Assembly: GCF_963921235.1 (NCBI RefSeq)
Contig: NC_086118.1
Span: 59,210,001 to 59,274,000 of the forward strand
Origin: Mobula hypostoma
Taxonomy: Eukaryota
Length of the DNA stretch: 64,000 nt
Direction: 5' to 3'
This document shows, piece by piece, positions 13,751-26,149 of the stretch. Each line of letters opens with the position of its first letter. The stretch's first letter is position 1. A program made the translations under genes and the position numbers. Under the pieces are notes generated by a model. It did not search any database. It was given only the letters and a program-made list of their open reading frames with translations, and was not told the origin of the DNA.

Positions 13751-14163
13751 TGTAAACAACCTTCTATAATATCCACAACTCCTCCAACCTTACTAACCCC
13801 ACCCTTTCACTTCCTTATCCAAAATCACTTACTGAGTTGTTTAGCTTGGATCACTTGTGGTAAATCGTTTTAAGTTACCTTGTTCACTGTCTCCTCTCTA
13901 TAACTGCACTCCAGTCTTGGTCACTGCATGTCCGAGTTTTAAATATCCCACATTTAGATCAGTCTTCAGCTGTGTGAATTTTAGTTTCCCTCTATCCCTT
14001 TGAGATGCTCCCTGAAAGTTAATTTCTCCTTGTCTGGCTGACTCTGGGTTTTGTGTCTAATGCATCTCTGGAAATTTGGGACATTGTTCTGCATTGTTGT
14101 GTGATCTGGGTCTGTTATTGTCTCTTGGATGTTGTTGATTTTAAGTGTGCCCTTTTACTGAAG

Positions 14164-14306
14164 GGGTGATGATGGTTGGAGCAGGGACCGGTCGGAGAGG
14201 AAGCACAGGTCCCGGAGCAGAGATCGCCGCAGGTCACGGAGTCGTGACAGGTCTCACAGACACAGGAGCAGGAGCCGCGAGAAGGAGAGCAGGTCAAAGG
14301 ACAAAG
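14164..14306 (+). CDS. LUC7L3: LUC7L3 coding exon (143 bp), RS domain
   Basis: ccttttactgaag| ... aaag|gtacag. Phases fit both neighbours. Encodes (R)GDDGWSRDRSERKHRSRSRDRRRSRSRDRSHRHRSRSREKESRSKDK. Confidence 0.9.
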
Positions 14307-15723
14307 GTACAGAGACGGGTCTCCCTTCCCTCACTAACAGATTGGTCTCTTGCACATCCCAGTACGATGCATTGCTAAGAATGGCTGCATGAAAGATCCC
14401 GAGGCACTGCACAGGAGCTTTCCTGGTCCAGTGAGGACTTAATTCTTAAATACCCAGTACTTGTGTTCATTTTAAGAATATAGAACAATACAGTATCGTA
14501 TAGGTCCTTGGCCCCACAGTGGTGTCGTGCTGACCTTTCAACCTACTCCAGGGTCAGTCTAACCCGTGCCTCCCAGATACGGTAACCCTCCATTTTTTTT
14601 CTTACGTGTTGATATAAATGTGTGTTCTTTCCCACATGCCAGCAATCTGATTGTGGCAACAGTGGCTTGGGTTCAATTCCCACCGCCATCTGTTCATTCT
14701 CCCTGTGACCATGTGGGTGTCCTTTGGGTGCTCCAGTTTCCTCATTCCCAAGATGTATGGGCAAGGGTTAGTGAGTTTTGGGTACGCTACGTTGGTGCCA
14801 GAAGTGTGGTGTCATTTGTGGGCTGCCCCCAGCACAGCCTTGGACTTTTGGTCCTTGATGCAAACAAGATATTTTACTCTGTCTTGATATACATGTGGCA
14901 AATAAAAATGATCTGATCTGAATGAGTGTGTATTGGAAGGCGGTTTGTACATGATAGTTACAGTAAATGTAGGTGTAGAGTACAACGGCAGGGAAGCTGT
15001 ACTGAACCAGTGTAAACACAGATTATTTCTTACCTAGAGTATTGTGTCACTTCCACTCAGCCACAGGTTAGGAAGGAATGAGAGAGGGTGCCGAAAAGAT
15101 TTACTTGGGCTCCACTGGAGTGAGAGATTCCAGCAACCGGAAAAGCTGGTCTGATTCTCCTTGGAGCAGAGGATGGGAGAGGATGTGGTGGAAGTGGATG
15201 GTTTACTGAGGTCAGAAACTGTTCTCAGTACTGAGGAAGGGGTGGGAGAGGGTAAAACATGCAGATGGTCGGAGGAAGGAAAAGGGCTTGTTTTGTTGCT
15301 GGAATGCATCAACATTTGTGGGATGTCCCCAGCGGTTGGGTTGGTGGTTAACGCGAATAGTTTCAATGTACATGTGATAGATGAATCTGGAAGAGTAGTA
15401 ATTCACGTTCAACTTTATTCGCCATTTACTGTGACATGTTGCTCAGGGAGGAACATGCAACAAAAATAACATTCAACAATTGGAAAGAATTGCTAAGTGG
15501 AGGTTAAAGTTCGTATATAGAATAAAATGCATAAATACCAGCGCATGTTTCCAGTGTAATCAACATTGTAAAAAGTGCTGTGAAGTGCTTGCTGTGCAGT
15601 GACGGCTGGTAGTAGATGGTGGGGTGGACTAACTGGAATGATTAACTGCCTGGGGGTGTGACTGAAGAAATTGTTAAGATGCATTACATGTCTGAAGTTG
15701 TATGTTCGGTGGTTGTGTTGCAG

Positions 15724-15890
15724 AGAGGAGAGATTCTGACGAGGCGAGGAAAAGCAGCCGCAGATCGAGTCAGACAGACAGAGAGAGCGCAGCATCCCGT
15801 GCAGACCCCATGGAGGTGGATACCACTAAAAGCGAGGTCAATGGGAGAGATGAAGACCTAAAATCTGAAGGTGACACTCAGTCCAATTAA
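15724..15890 (+). CDS. LUC7L3: LUC7L3 last coding exon of the main isoform
   Basis: gttgcag| acceptor. Ends EVNGRDEDLKSEGDTQSN*, the characteristic LUC7L3 C-terminus. Confidence 0.96.
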
Positions 15891-15983
15891 AACTGATCTG
15901 ATTTGACCTCAGATCAGGTCAAGGTAAGCGTGACTATTGTGTCCCTCGGTTAGTTTGCTGTTTCTTTTCGTTTACTTTAGCAG

Positions 15984-16123
15984 TGCAGTGTAAGTATTCC
16001 GACTGAAGATGAAGAGACTAACCAGCAAAAACCCAGAAGGTATACTTTATAAAACGCCCAGCGACGACGGACAGACTAGTCTTGGCAGAATAAGAGGCAA
16101 AACATGCGTGTTGGAGACTCTAG
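15984..16123 (+). other. LUC7L3: Candidate LUC7L3 alternative 3' exon (alternative C-terminus or NMD exon)
   Basis: Strong polypyrimidine tract and NAGNAG acceptor tttactttag/cag. Spliced from the internal donor at 15871 it reads E-VQCKYSD*. Donor TAG|GTACAT at 16124. Confidence 0.6.
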
Positions 16124-19100
16124 GTACATACTTTACCTCTGTATATTGTAACGTACTGAAACCTGGGCCCCATTTCTGTTCCTTTGTGGATCCTGGTGAA
16201 TGGGTTTGTGTTTTTAAACTAAGCATTTTAAAATCTGTCAAATTTGGGGAATTGGTTGGACTGTGTGGGATCGGTTACTGGGAAGTATAATAAGTTTAGA
16301 GTTCGTAAATTTTTGGCAGAGAATGAGTGTATTTTTGCTGTTTCTGTAACTGCATCTAAGGCAATATTTGAAAGATTTTTTTTTAGTTTTAACCAGTCTG
16401 TTAATGTCACAGATGTTGCAGTAGACTTTTTGTTTTTTTTTTTGTTTTTTAAAAAATCTGCCTTGCACTCTAATGGAGTCTTTCTGTAACTCGAGCCAGT
16501 AGCTTGGATTGATGGAAGTGTAGGGTTTATGACTAAGTGACCCTGAGAACCATATCTCTCACTGCGCTGGTCTTGTGAGCCGCCCCGAAAGCAAATTAAA
16601 AAGCAAGGAATCAGTGAATGAATTGCAGGTACACGTGCCAGGTACACACCTTTCTCTACCCACCTCCATGTTTGAATGTTTTTGCCTGTTGTCTTTTCAA
16701 TGAAATCTTTTAAAGCTTGCTGTTTCATATTGTATTTGCTGAACGATGTAAACACAGGATTTAAATATTCATTCCTGTCACCATGATGTTCTGTTGAAAT
16801 TGTGGAATTGTTTCTGTGCAGATGTGTTACAGAATTCTCTTCAAATTGCAGGGGATGGAAGGGAGTTTTCAAGAATTAACTTTACTTTTCACATAATTTT
16901 ATTTTTAAAAAAGCATATGAAAAGTTGTTTCAGCCTTCTGTTTGCGACAGTACATTACAGGCCCTAGCACAGAGGTACGAATTCCGCGTTCTATGCTGCT
17001 CCCGCTTCCCTTGCCCCCACCCCCACCCCATCTAATGTTGAGTGAGCTGTTCATCTGCTGACACCCTACCACAATGATGAAATTGTTTATCCTCAATATT
17101 AAACTTATGAGACTTTGAATTAGTGTCTGTGGTTACAACTGTGGAAATGAAACGTCAATATTAATTCTTTGCTTGTGACCAGCTTCCTTCTGATGGGGAA
17201 GGATGTTGTAAGTCTTTAGCAGTCCTTTCAGGGAATTGGGGAAAGTAGAGTTATAATTCCTGAGCAGTGTGTACCTGACACACTACCAGACCAGTGTCCC
17301 AGCTCTGCTCATCTGTAGTCCTGTGGCATCACCAAGTTTGCTTCCTGCTTAATCTGGGCCTTGACCCCATGGCCCATGAGATGCTGTCGTACCCAGTACC
17401 AATCTCCCTGTACTGGCGCCATTACTTAGCTTGTTCTCGTGGCTTTGCCCACTTTCCCATGGTCTGCTCATTGACTGTCCCCAGTTGGGAACTGAGTCTG
17501 AACTATCTGCCATCTCTTGTATCTTGCATAGATTTACTTGTCCTGTCCTTTGGTTTCCTCAGTCATACATCTCCCCCTGAAGTGAGCCTTTGATTGGGAG
17601 CAGAGTTTAAATCCCTTGGGACTGGGCTGCTTTCAGATGTCACCCCTGGGGAAGAGCACGAGGTTTCAGTTGGTAACTCAGTGGATAATTGATGTCTCTA
17701 GCATTCCCACTGACTGCCTGGCATGGTTTGTTGGTGACAGTGACTATATCCCAGTGCTGAATCACATTCCTCCTTCTCAAACCCTTCACGTCAACATTTA
17801 AAAACATCACAAGTTGCTAATTTAGGGTCTTGTATTAATGGGGTGTATTCTGCGGTTACAGAGTGCCCTTGAGCACTTTTAAATGAAGTATTTGTGAAGG
17901 TTAGGCTCTGTTATATACTGAATGCAATATGTATGCAGTTGGATGCCACAGATGTAATGTGGCATTAATGGGGTGTACTGTTTGTGATGTTGACTGTAAG
18001 GGATTGATATTGTATGGGTCACTGGGAAAACTCTTATGGAAAGCAGTGAGGGATCAGTATTGTGTGGGACACCAGGAGAACTCTCATGGGGAGCAGCTGG
18101 CTCAGAGTTTAACATTGGGACACCATCTCTGAAAGCGTGGGCTCTAGCGGTACAGCAATGGCAATGTTGGCTCAGTTTGGGGTGGGGTCTGATTGCCTGG
18201 TGAGAGAACTGCTCACCAGGTTAAAGCTATTTGCTTGCCTGTCCCTTCTATGGAAGTAGTGATGGCGCAGGCTTCATTACCCATAACTGGGCGCTTAAAC
18301 AGCCAGACCACCAACCTGTCCCCCCCTTCTGGGTTCACTCTGGCTGCTGGCTGTCTGAAGGACAACCAAGGGTTGTTGGCTGTTGCATTTGAGCACCGCA
18401 GCGGTGGTCAAGTGTAGGACGTGCTCGGAGCTGTCTGCTGTTATAAAGATGCACTTTCATTAACTTGTCCTAATCCTTTAACCTTCTCACAAGCACATTA
18501 CTGGGTATTTCCGGTATTTTGTCTTACACACCCAATAACTCAAATTCCTTGTTTTGGTAGCACATTCTTTTCTGCAGTTATACAATGGGGGAACTTGGCA
18601 CAGAAGAATAGTAAATGTGGTTATGTGGCCTTGGGGGCAGTTTGATTGGATTTGTGTGTGTAAAGGGTGGATGGTGAGATTGTGGGGAAGTAGAAAAGAT
18701 GAACTGCTTAAAATGGAGCAGTAGACATGATTTGAGTTGTGAATGGAGCCTGGGGTGGGGTTATGGAGGATAGGAGAGCTATGATTTGATGCTGGCTCGG
18801 TGGGATGAATGGCTGTCTGCCATTCCATGCTGGTCTTCATTTGCAAGCTGCCTTCATATTGCCGTGCAGTGTGTGGCAGGTGTAACCTGGGCAAGTGGTG
18901 AGATGCACTAACCAGTTTGCTGTCATCCACGGCCACACATCAAGGGCAGCTTTCCAGTAAAGAATTAATATTGACATGTGGGGAAAATCAAATGTGTACA
19001 GAAAATGTGAAGTTACTGCCCTTGGCAAATTGATGTATGTTAAATCAGTGACAACTCTGTATGCTGTCTGTATTACAGATGGGAGATTACAGTAAATGAC

Positions 19101-19339
19101 ATGGATACAGTAGAGGTGGGCTATTTACAATCTGAGAAAGGGTTTCCTTTTCTAGGTTAGAGCTGTAGCCAGTCGTTAGCAGAAATGCCAGAAGACCAGC
19201 TCTGTAGGGCAGTAGGAAGTCTCCAAGAGGTACTTGCTTGCCTTTTGCCTTTTTTTTTTAAAAGACCTGGTTGTATCTGAAGTGTGGTTGTCCGTTTCCT
19301 CAGTTCTAATTGTGTGCTCTTGAATCTTTCATTTCATAG

Positions 19340-19920
19340 GAGTGGCCATTTAGAAGACGTCAAGGAATCCAGTGAAGATTTGACTGCCTGTTCTGAAGGC
19401 TCTGCCCCATTAAAACAAGGTGAAAGAAAGCTGTGTAGTGGTGTAGAGGGGGAGAGAAGTTGTCATTTTTAAGCAAAAAAAAAAGTCCAGAAATGAATTT
19501 GTATGGTTAGTTTCCCTGAGGAGTTCCCATTTCTTGTGCTTGCAACACCTTACCTATAGTGAGCTCGAGTGCTGTTTTTCAAACCACAAATGTGTCAGGC
19601 TAAAGTGAGCAGCCCAGATTGTGACTTGCATTTGTACCCAAGGTTTTCCTTGACGATTAAGTTTGTAGTGACTGCTGTGTAAATACCAGGCAGGTTGAGT
19701 TGTATAGAGCTGTTTTGATCAAGGCTGATCTATCTTGTGGCCACCGTTTTTATTTTGGTTTTCATAGTGCTAGCCTGCAGCCTGTTCCTTCCTTTCCCAT
19801 CCAACTACAAGGACGTGTTGAATTTTCCCTGCCCTGCTGTTCCTGTACTTTGAATATGGTTGCTGTAATTTGCAAATTTTAGTGTCAACTATGAATAAAT
19901 TTTTTTCAGTAAACATTCCT
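19340..19920 (+). other. LUC7L3: Candidate distal LUC7L3 3'-UTR terminal exon
   Basis: Acceptor tctttcatttcatag| at 19339, TE-free UTR-like sequence, AATAAA at 19894. Confidence 0.5.
19894..19899 (+). promoter_or_regulatory. Polyadenylation signal (LUC7L3, distal)
   Basis: AATAAA followed by a U/GU-rich downstream element. Repeat-derived sequence resumes just after it. Confidence 0.6.
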
Positions 19921-20752
19921 GGAGCTGGTATTTAATTGTTGGGTTTGTCAGCAAGCACTTAGGTTATACATGGAAATAGGTCCTTCGGCCAGCTGGTCCA
20001 TACTCTCCAAGATTCTCACTTCAGCTAGTCCCATATTGTGAGCATTTATTGGTCCAACTATCTTATTGTACCTATCTTACTGCTCTCAGATTAAAGCTTC
20101 TTCCTTATCTTGAACCAGTTCCTCCTTTTTGATGCCTTACCATGACAGGGAAAAGTTCCGTCTGCTCCAGGGGAAACTATGTGTCGATCCAGTTGTGCTC
20201 CATAACTAAAGGATAAAGATTAATTTGTCAAATGTGCATTGAAATATACTGTGAAATGTCTTTTGCAACAGTGACTAACACTGTGAAGATGTGCTGGGCT
20301 ACTTGCAGGTGTCAGACTTCTGGCACCAACATGGCATGCCCACACCTCACTAACCCGAACTGTACATCTTTGGAGTGTGGGAGGAAACTGGAGCACCTAG
20401 AGGAAACCCACACAGTCACAGGAGAACGTAGAAACTACTTAGACGGTGATGTGAATTGAATGCTAATAAACGGCAGTCACACCTGGCCTTTCTGTAGTGG
20501 GTGGGGTGACTGGAACTCCACATGCAGTGTTTTGTTAATTTGCAACATGTATTCTGTTCCCCACCATACATCCATTCATTTCATTTTTAGGAACTAAAGT
20601 TGAATGCCCAAGGTCTCCCTGTTCTTTGTGCCCTGGCATTCATGCCATCTATTCCACACAGACACCCCCCCCCCCCCCACTACATTACTGCTGCTGGCTT
20701 ATGCAGCTGATTGATTAAAGCAAGTTTCAGCTCAGTTTAGCTAACAAATCAT

Positions 20753-20758
20753 TTTATT
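20753..20758 (-). promoter_or_regulatory. Polyadenylation signal (ABCC3)
   Basis: TTTATT on the + strand (AATAAA on -), about 260 nt after the ABCC3 stop. Confidence 0.65.
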
Positions 20759-21018
20759 TAAACTACTGGCTACCTTAATGGATTATATTGTAGCTGCCAC
20801 TGTTCACAGCAGTAGTTACAAAAGAATTCAAAATTACTTCAACATAAATGCTGAATGTATAATACATAAAGTACAAAAATAGAAAAAATGCTGTTCAAAA
20901 TTATGCCCATCTTGTTTCTGCATGCTCCGGTGGTAGCACTCTCCACAGCAAGCTTGAGCTGATCTGTACAGGCATTGACTTGGCTCTGCCTCATTGTACA
21001 TTAGGCTTCTAGGTGTTG

Positions 21019-21150
<132 letters not shown>

Positions 21151-21399
21151 TTAGCACAAAGATTGAACAGCCATTCACAGCAAGGCTTCCTCTTGAGGCC
21201 AATGCACAAAAAGCTGCCAGGTCAGGCAGCATCTATGGAGAGAAATAGATGTTTCAGCCTGAGGGATTGAAAACTGCTTGTAACAGGGTTTCCACTGAAG
21301 GGACCTGTGCTGTAGAAGCTCCTCTACATTGGCAGCATTTAGCTTTCTCTGAAACCATTTTTTAATGCCCTCCTTCCCTTATATTTGAAAGTGACTTTA

Positions 21400-21786
<387 letters not shown>

Positions 21787-22659
21787 CTATCCCAGACTAC
21801 TGCATGGTTCCCTGGCATAACAGGGTAGACTCCTCACAATCTGTATTATGAACTTGCAGTTTATTGTTTGCTTGCACATTCTCTGTAACTGGAACACTCT
21901 TCAGCTTTGTTTTCCCTGTTGTAATGAGATGATCTGTGATATGGATGTAAAGCAAAGTTTTTCCACATGGGACAAAATAAACTAATTTACTCACAAGCAG
22001 TTTACAAAACTAACTCCCTCACAGGTTGAACCACACACAGCTACAGCTTTGAATCTGCCTAAGGTAGCTTACACAGTGTACATTCACAAACAACTTATTT
22101 TGAAAACTCTACCCCAATGAGGAGTTATGAAACTCACTGGCTACAGATGAATTGGGACACCATGTCTCCCTCATTTCAGCTCATGAATATTCTGTGACCC
22201 ACATTCTACAGAGAGGGAAACATTTGTTTGAAATGGGTGACTCTACCCTCCCCTTCCATTTCTAATTAATCCTACAACAGGAAATAGGACTTGAGGAATT
22301 GTCTGTTTTTAGTCTTCCCTTCTCACATCGCAGTCTTACAAAAACCTGCCATCTTCAGGCATCAGCCGGGGAAATCACTGTCAATGCATAGCTATCCCTG
22401 ACGGAGACCAGCAGTGTACACTGCAGCCCAGTCCAGTCTCACCTTTCCCTTACAGAAACAAGACCTTCCTACTTTATTCAGTCTCCCCCCAGATTAACAG
22501 TAATGCTGGTAGCTTGCCTAAGTACACACTGTAGGTGGTGATTTTGTGAATCGTGCACTGGATAACCAAATCTTTCGCAGCTCCATTTCTCACCGGGGGG
22601 GGGGGGAACGGGGGACATTAAGCAGTTGATAATCTCTCAAACTTTTGCCCCTCTAGAGG

Positions 22660-23070
22660 ATACTGGGAGGTATAGAGCATCGGACTGGCTGCATCACTGC
22701 CTGGTCTGGGAACTGTACTTCCCCCTCAATTGGAGGACTCTACAGAGAGTGGTGCGGACAGCCCAGCACACCTGTAGATGTGAGCTTCCCACTATTCAGG
22801 ACATTTACAAAGATGGGTGTGTAAAAAGGCCCCAAAGGATCACTGGGACCCGAGTCACCCCAATCACAAACTGTTCCAGCTTCTTCAACCAGCCCATCAG
22901 ACTGATTAATTCACACTGATACAATTGTATTTCTATGTTATATCGACTGTCCTGTTGTACATACTATTTATTACAAATTACTATAAATTGCACATTTAGA
23001 TGGAGACAACGTAAAGATTTTCACTCCTCGTGTATATGAAGGATGTAGGTAATAAAGCCAGTTCAATTCA
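22660..23070 (+). mobile_element. Rex/Babar LINE 3' fragment
   Basis: LQRVVRTAQHTCRCELPTIQDIY peptide and the same 3' tail as the copy at 5236. Confidence 0.7.
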
Positions 23071-23825
23071 GAAATTGCCTTTGGCCCATCCCAATCAAGT
23101 CCTGTGTGCCAGCGTTTGGTCCGTATCTGACAAAACTTTTCTCATTCATGTATCTGTCCAACTGTCTTTTAAAGGTTAGTGTACCTGTCTTGGTCACTTC
23201 CTCTGCTGCTGCTTCCTTTGTGTAAAGGGAAAAAAAGTTGCCCTTTAGTTCACAGTCCTGACGAAAGGATTGAGTTCATTCAAAAAATCCACACCTCGTG
23301 ATATTATTCATCTCGAAGACTCTTGCGCTCCGAGAAATAAAATCCTAACTGGTCCAAACTGTCCTTTTGACATAGGAACATAGCCACTCGTCATAATGGC
23401 TGACCTCTCCACTACCAGACCCAGACCCAGCACCAGGGTTGGATCTTTCATGACTTAATAACCATCAGATCATGTGTTGCAGGATTTTCTGGGATAATGC
23501 TCATAACTGGCCTGATTTTCTGTAATTTAAATTCTTGTGACAGAGTAAGCACCTTGAACTGCTGACACTTCTCACCCTGAGCCACTTTCGGCTGCAGGCC
23601 CACCCCCACCCGGCCAGTTCTATGACGGTCTTGCTGACCTTGTATGACCTCGCTACCCAGGCTGGGCTCCTCAACGCCTCCTCCACTCTGGTGAAAGCCT
23701 TTAGGAACAGGGGCTGTGTGTACGTACGTACGTACAGGAGAGAGCAGGTACACAGCACTGAGAACTGGGCTGGACCGATGCACCCCACCTGCCCCACAGC
23801 TCCTTGATCGCTGCTGGCAAAGTTA

Positions 23826-24026
<201 letters not shown>

Positions 24027-24394
24027 CTAGCAGACAGCCCCCAAGCAAAGGGAGGTGCATCCCCACAGTGCAAGCTGGATTTATAGTGTACATGGAAACA
24101 TACAGTGAAAAGTGTTTGCATTAACAACCGACATGCCCAAGGATCTGCAGTGGGCACATATTCTAGCAGCAACATAGCACGCCCACAATGTTCAGCAGCA
24201 ATGCCAGCAAAGCAAAGCAAAACAAAACGAGACCCACCTGCCCACTCAAGGCAATCCTCCAACCCCCTGTTCTGCAGGCAGGGGGAGGGGCTCACAAAGG
24301 ACCCCAGGGTGCTGCCCGGGAAACTAATTAGCCATTCTTGCTGTGTAGAGTGATGGGGTTGGAGATTAAATAATAATGACAGTGTGGTGCTTAC

Positions 24395-24553
24395 CTGGGG
24401 AATGATGGTAAGCCTTGATCTAAGGTCATGCAGCCCAATGTCGGCGATCTTTATCCCGTCGATGCAGATCTCCCCTTCTGCTGCCTCGATGATTCGGAAG
24501 AGGCAAAGAGTCATCGAGGACTTGCCGGCACCTGTTCGCCCAACGATGCCAAC
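24395..24553 (-). CDS. ABCC3: ABCC3 exon 28 (159 bp): NBD2 Walker A and Q-loop
   Basis: Encodes [29 protein letters not shown]...LTIIPQ. Confidence 0.96.
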
Positions 24554-25520
24554 CTGCAGAGCACACCTAGGTGTCAGTTCGATCTAGGACAGGCATGACA
24601 AGCACAGCATAGCCCAGCCACTCAGCATACTTGAGAAAGGTGACGTGACCCAGCCTGATTAACATGATGCAGTCTGCTCTGGTCCCAGAGCCACATACGA
24701 ATCTCTGCTGAATACCCAGAGTATTGTGTTTGGTTTTGGTCATCTCATTATAGGAAGGCGGTAGAAGCTTTGAAGAGGGCACAGAGGAGATTTACCATGA
24801 GGATAGGTTGAGTAACTTTGGAGTGAAGGAAATTAAAAAGTGATATGAGGGAAAAATTAAGTGGCCAGCCAGAGACTTTGTCCCAGGGTGGAAAGGCTAA
24901 TGTGATGGGCCATAATTTCAAGGTCAGACACACACACACACACACACACACAATAGGCACATGATAGATTACGTGGGAGGGAAGGTTTAAATTGATCTTG
25001 GAGTAGGCAGAACATGGTGGGTTGAAGGGCCTGTTCTCAGATCATTTGTCCCATCATTATGTTATTACTGCTTTGCGCTGTGTGATTTCCCGTTTCCCCT
25101 TCAAGTAGTTATCCAATTCCACTCTGAAAGCTCTTGTCATATTTGGATTCCAATGTCCTTTGAAACCAGAAGTTCCAGACCTTCATCAGAGCACCAGCCA
25201 ACATCCTGGACTCGAATCTTGTTACATAGCAGGACAATGCTGACAGCAGTTATCTCACAGCAAGCATGTGTGAGGAGGGATAACCTGATCAAAAGCACCT
25301 TCCATTAGTGGGAACACACCAGGCCTGGGCTAAGGTAACAGAACTGTTGATAAATCTGGTCAAGAAGATGAAGCCGGAGGGTGTGGAAATGTAGGACTCT
25401 GACAGTGGGGTGAAGAGCAGACAAGGGAACCGGGAGAAACGGGCAAAAGGGTGGGGACAGACTGAAAACCCACAGCATTTAGTGCATGGAACTGTGCCAG
25501 ACTGGGGCACCTCCACAAAC

Positions 25521-25667
25521 CTTTTCTCCGCCACTGATGCTCAGGTTCAGATTCTTCAGCACCAGGTCCAGGCCCTCTCTGTATCGGACACAGTATCCCT
25601 TGAATTCCACCTTCCCCATCTCTGGCCATGATTTGTCCGGGCGATTGGCCTCAATCTCCCAGGGTGC
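25521..25667 (-). CDS. ABCC3: ABCC3 exon 27 (147 bp)
   Basis: Encodes APWEIEANRPDKSWPEMGKVEFKGYCVRYREGLDLVLKNLNLSISGGEK. Confidence 0.95.
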
Positions 25668-26149
25668 CTGCAATGAAGCAACAGGAAAGGCTCAGGGTAA
25701 CAGCGGCCTCTGATGGTGACTCCCCATCAGTGCATGGCCACCCACCAGCACAATTTGAAGTCAGGGCCAAGGGGTCTGCTCCAAACGCCAACAACAGTTA
25801 TGGAGGCACCGGTGCACAAGATCAGAGGAAGCTGAGGCTTGAAAACTGAGCCAGCTTCATCATGGATACCAACCTCCTCACCATTGAGGACACTTTAAAA
25901 AGGCAGCATCTGTTATTAAGGATCCTTGCCACCCTGTTCTCATCAGTTCCATCAGAGAGGAGGTGCAGGACCTGTTGACTCAACATTTTAGGAAGAGCTT
26001 CTTCCCCTATGCAATCAGACTGCTGAACAAACGGTCCATGAAAACAACCTTAATATTTTGGTCTCTCTGCACTATTTATTTTTAAATATATATATGCTTA
26101 CTGCAATTTTTATGTATTACACTGTAGAGTCAGAGAAGTCCACCACAGA

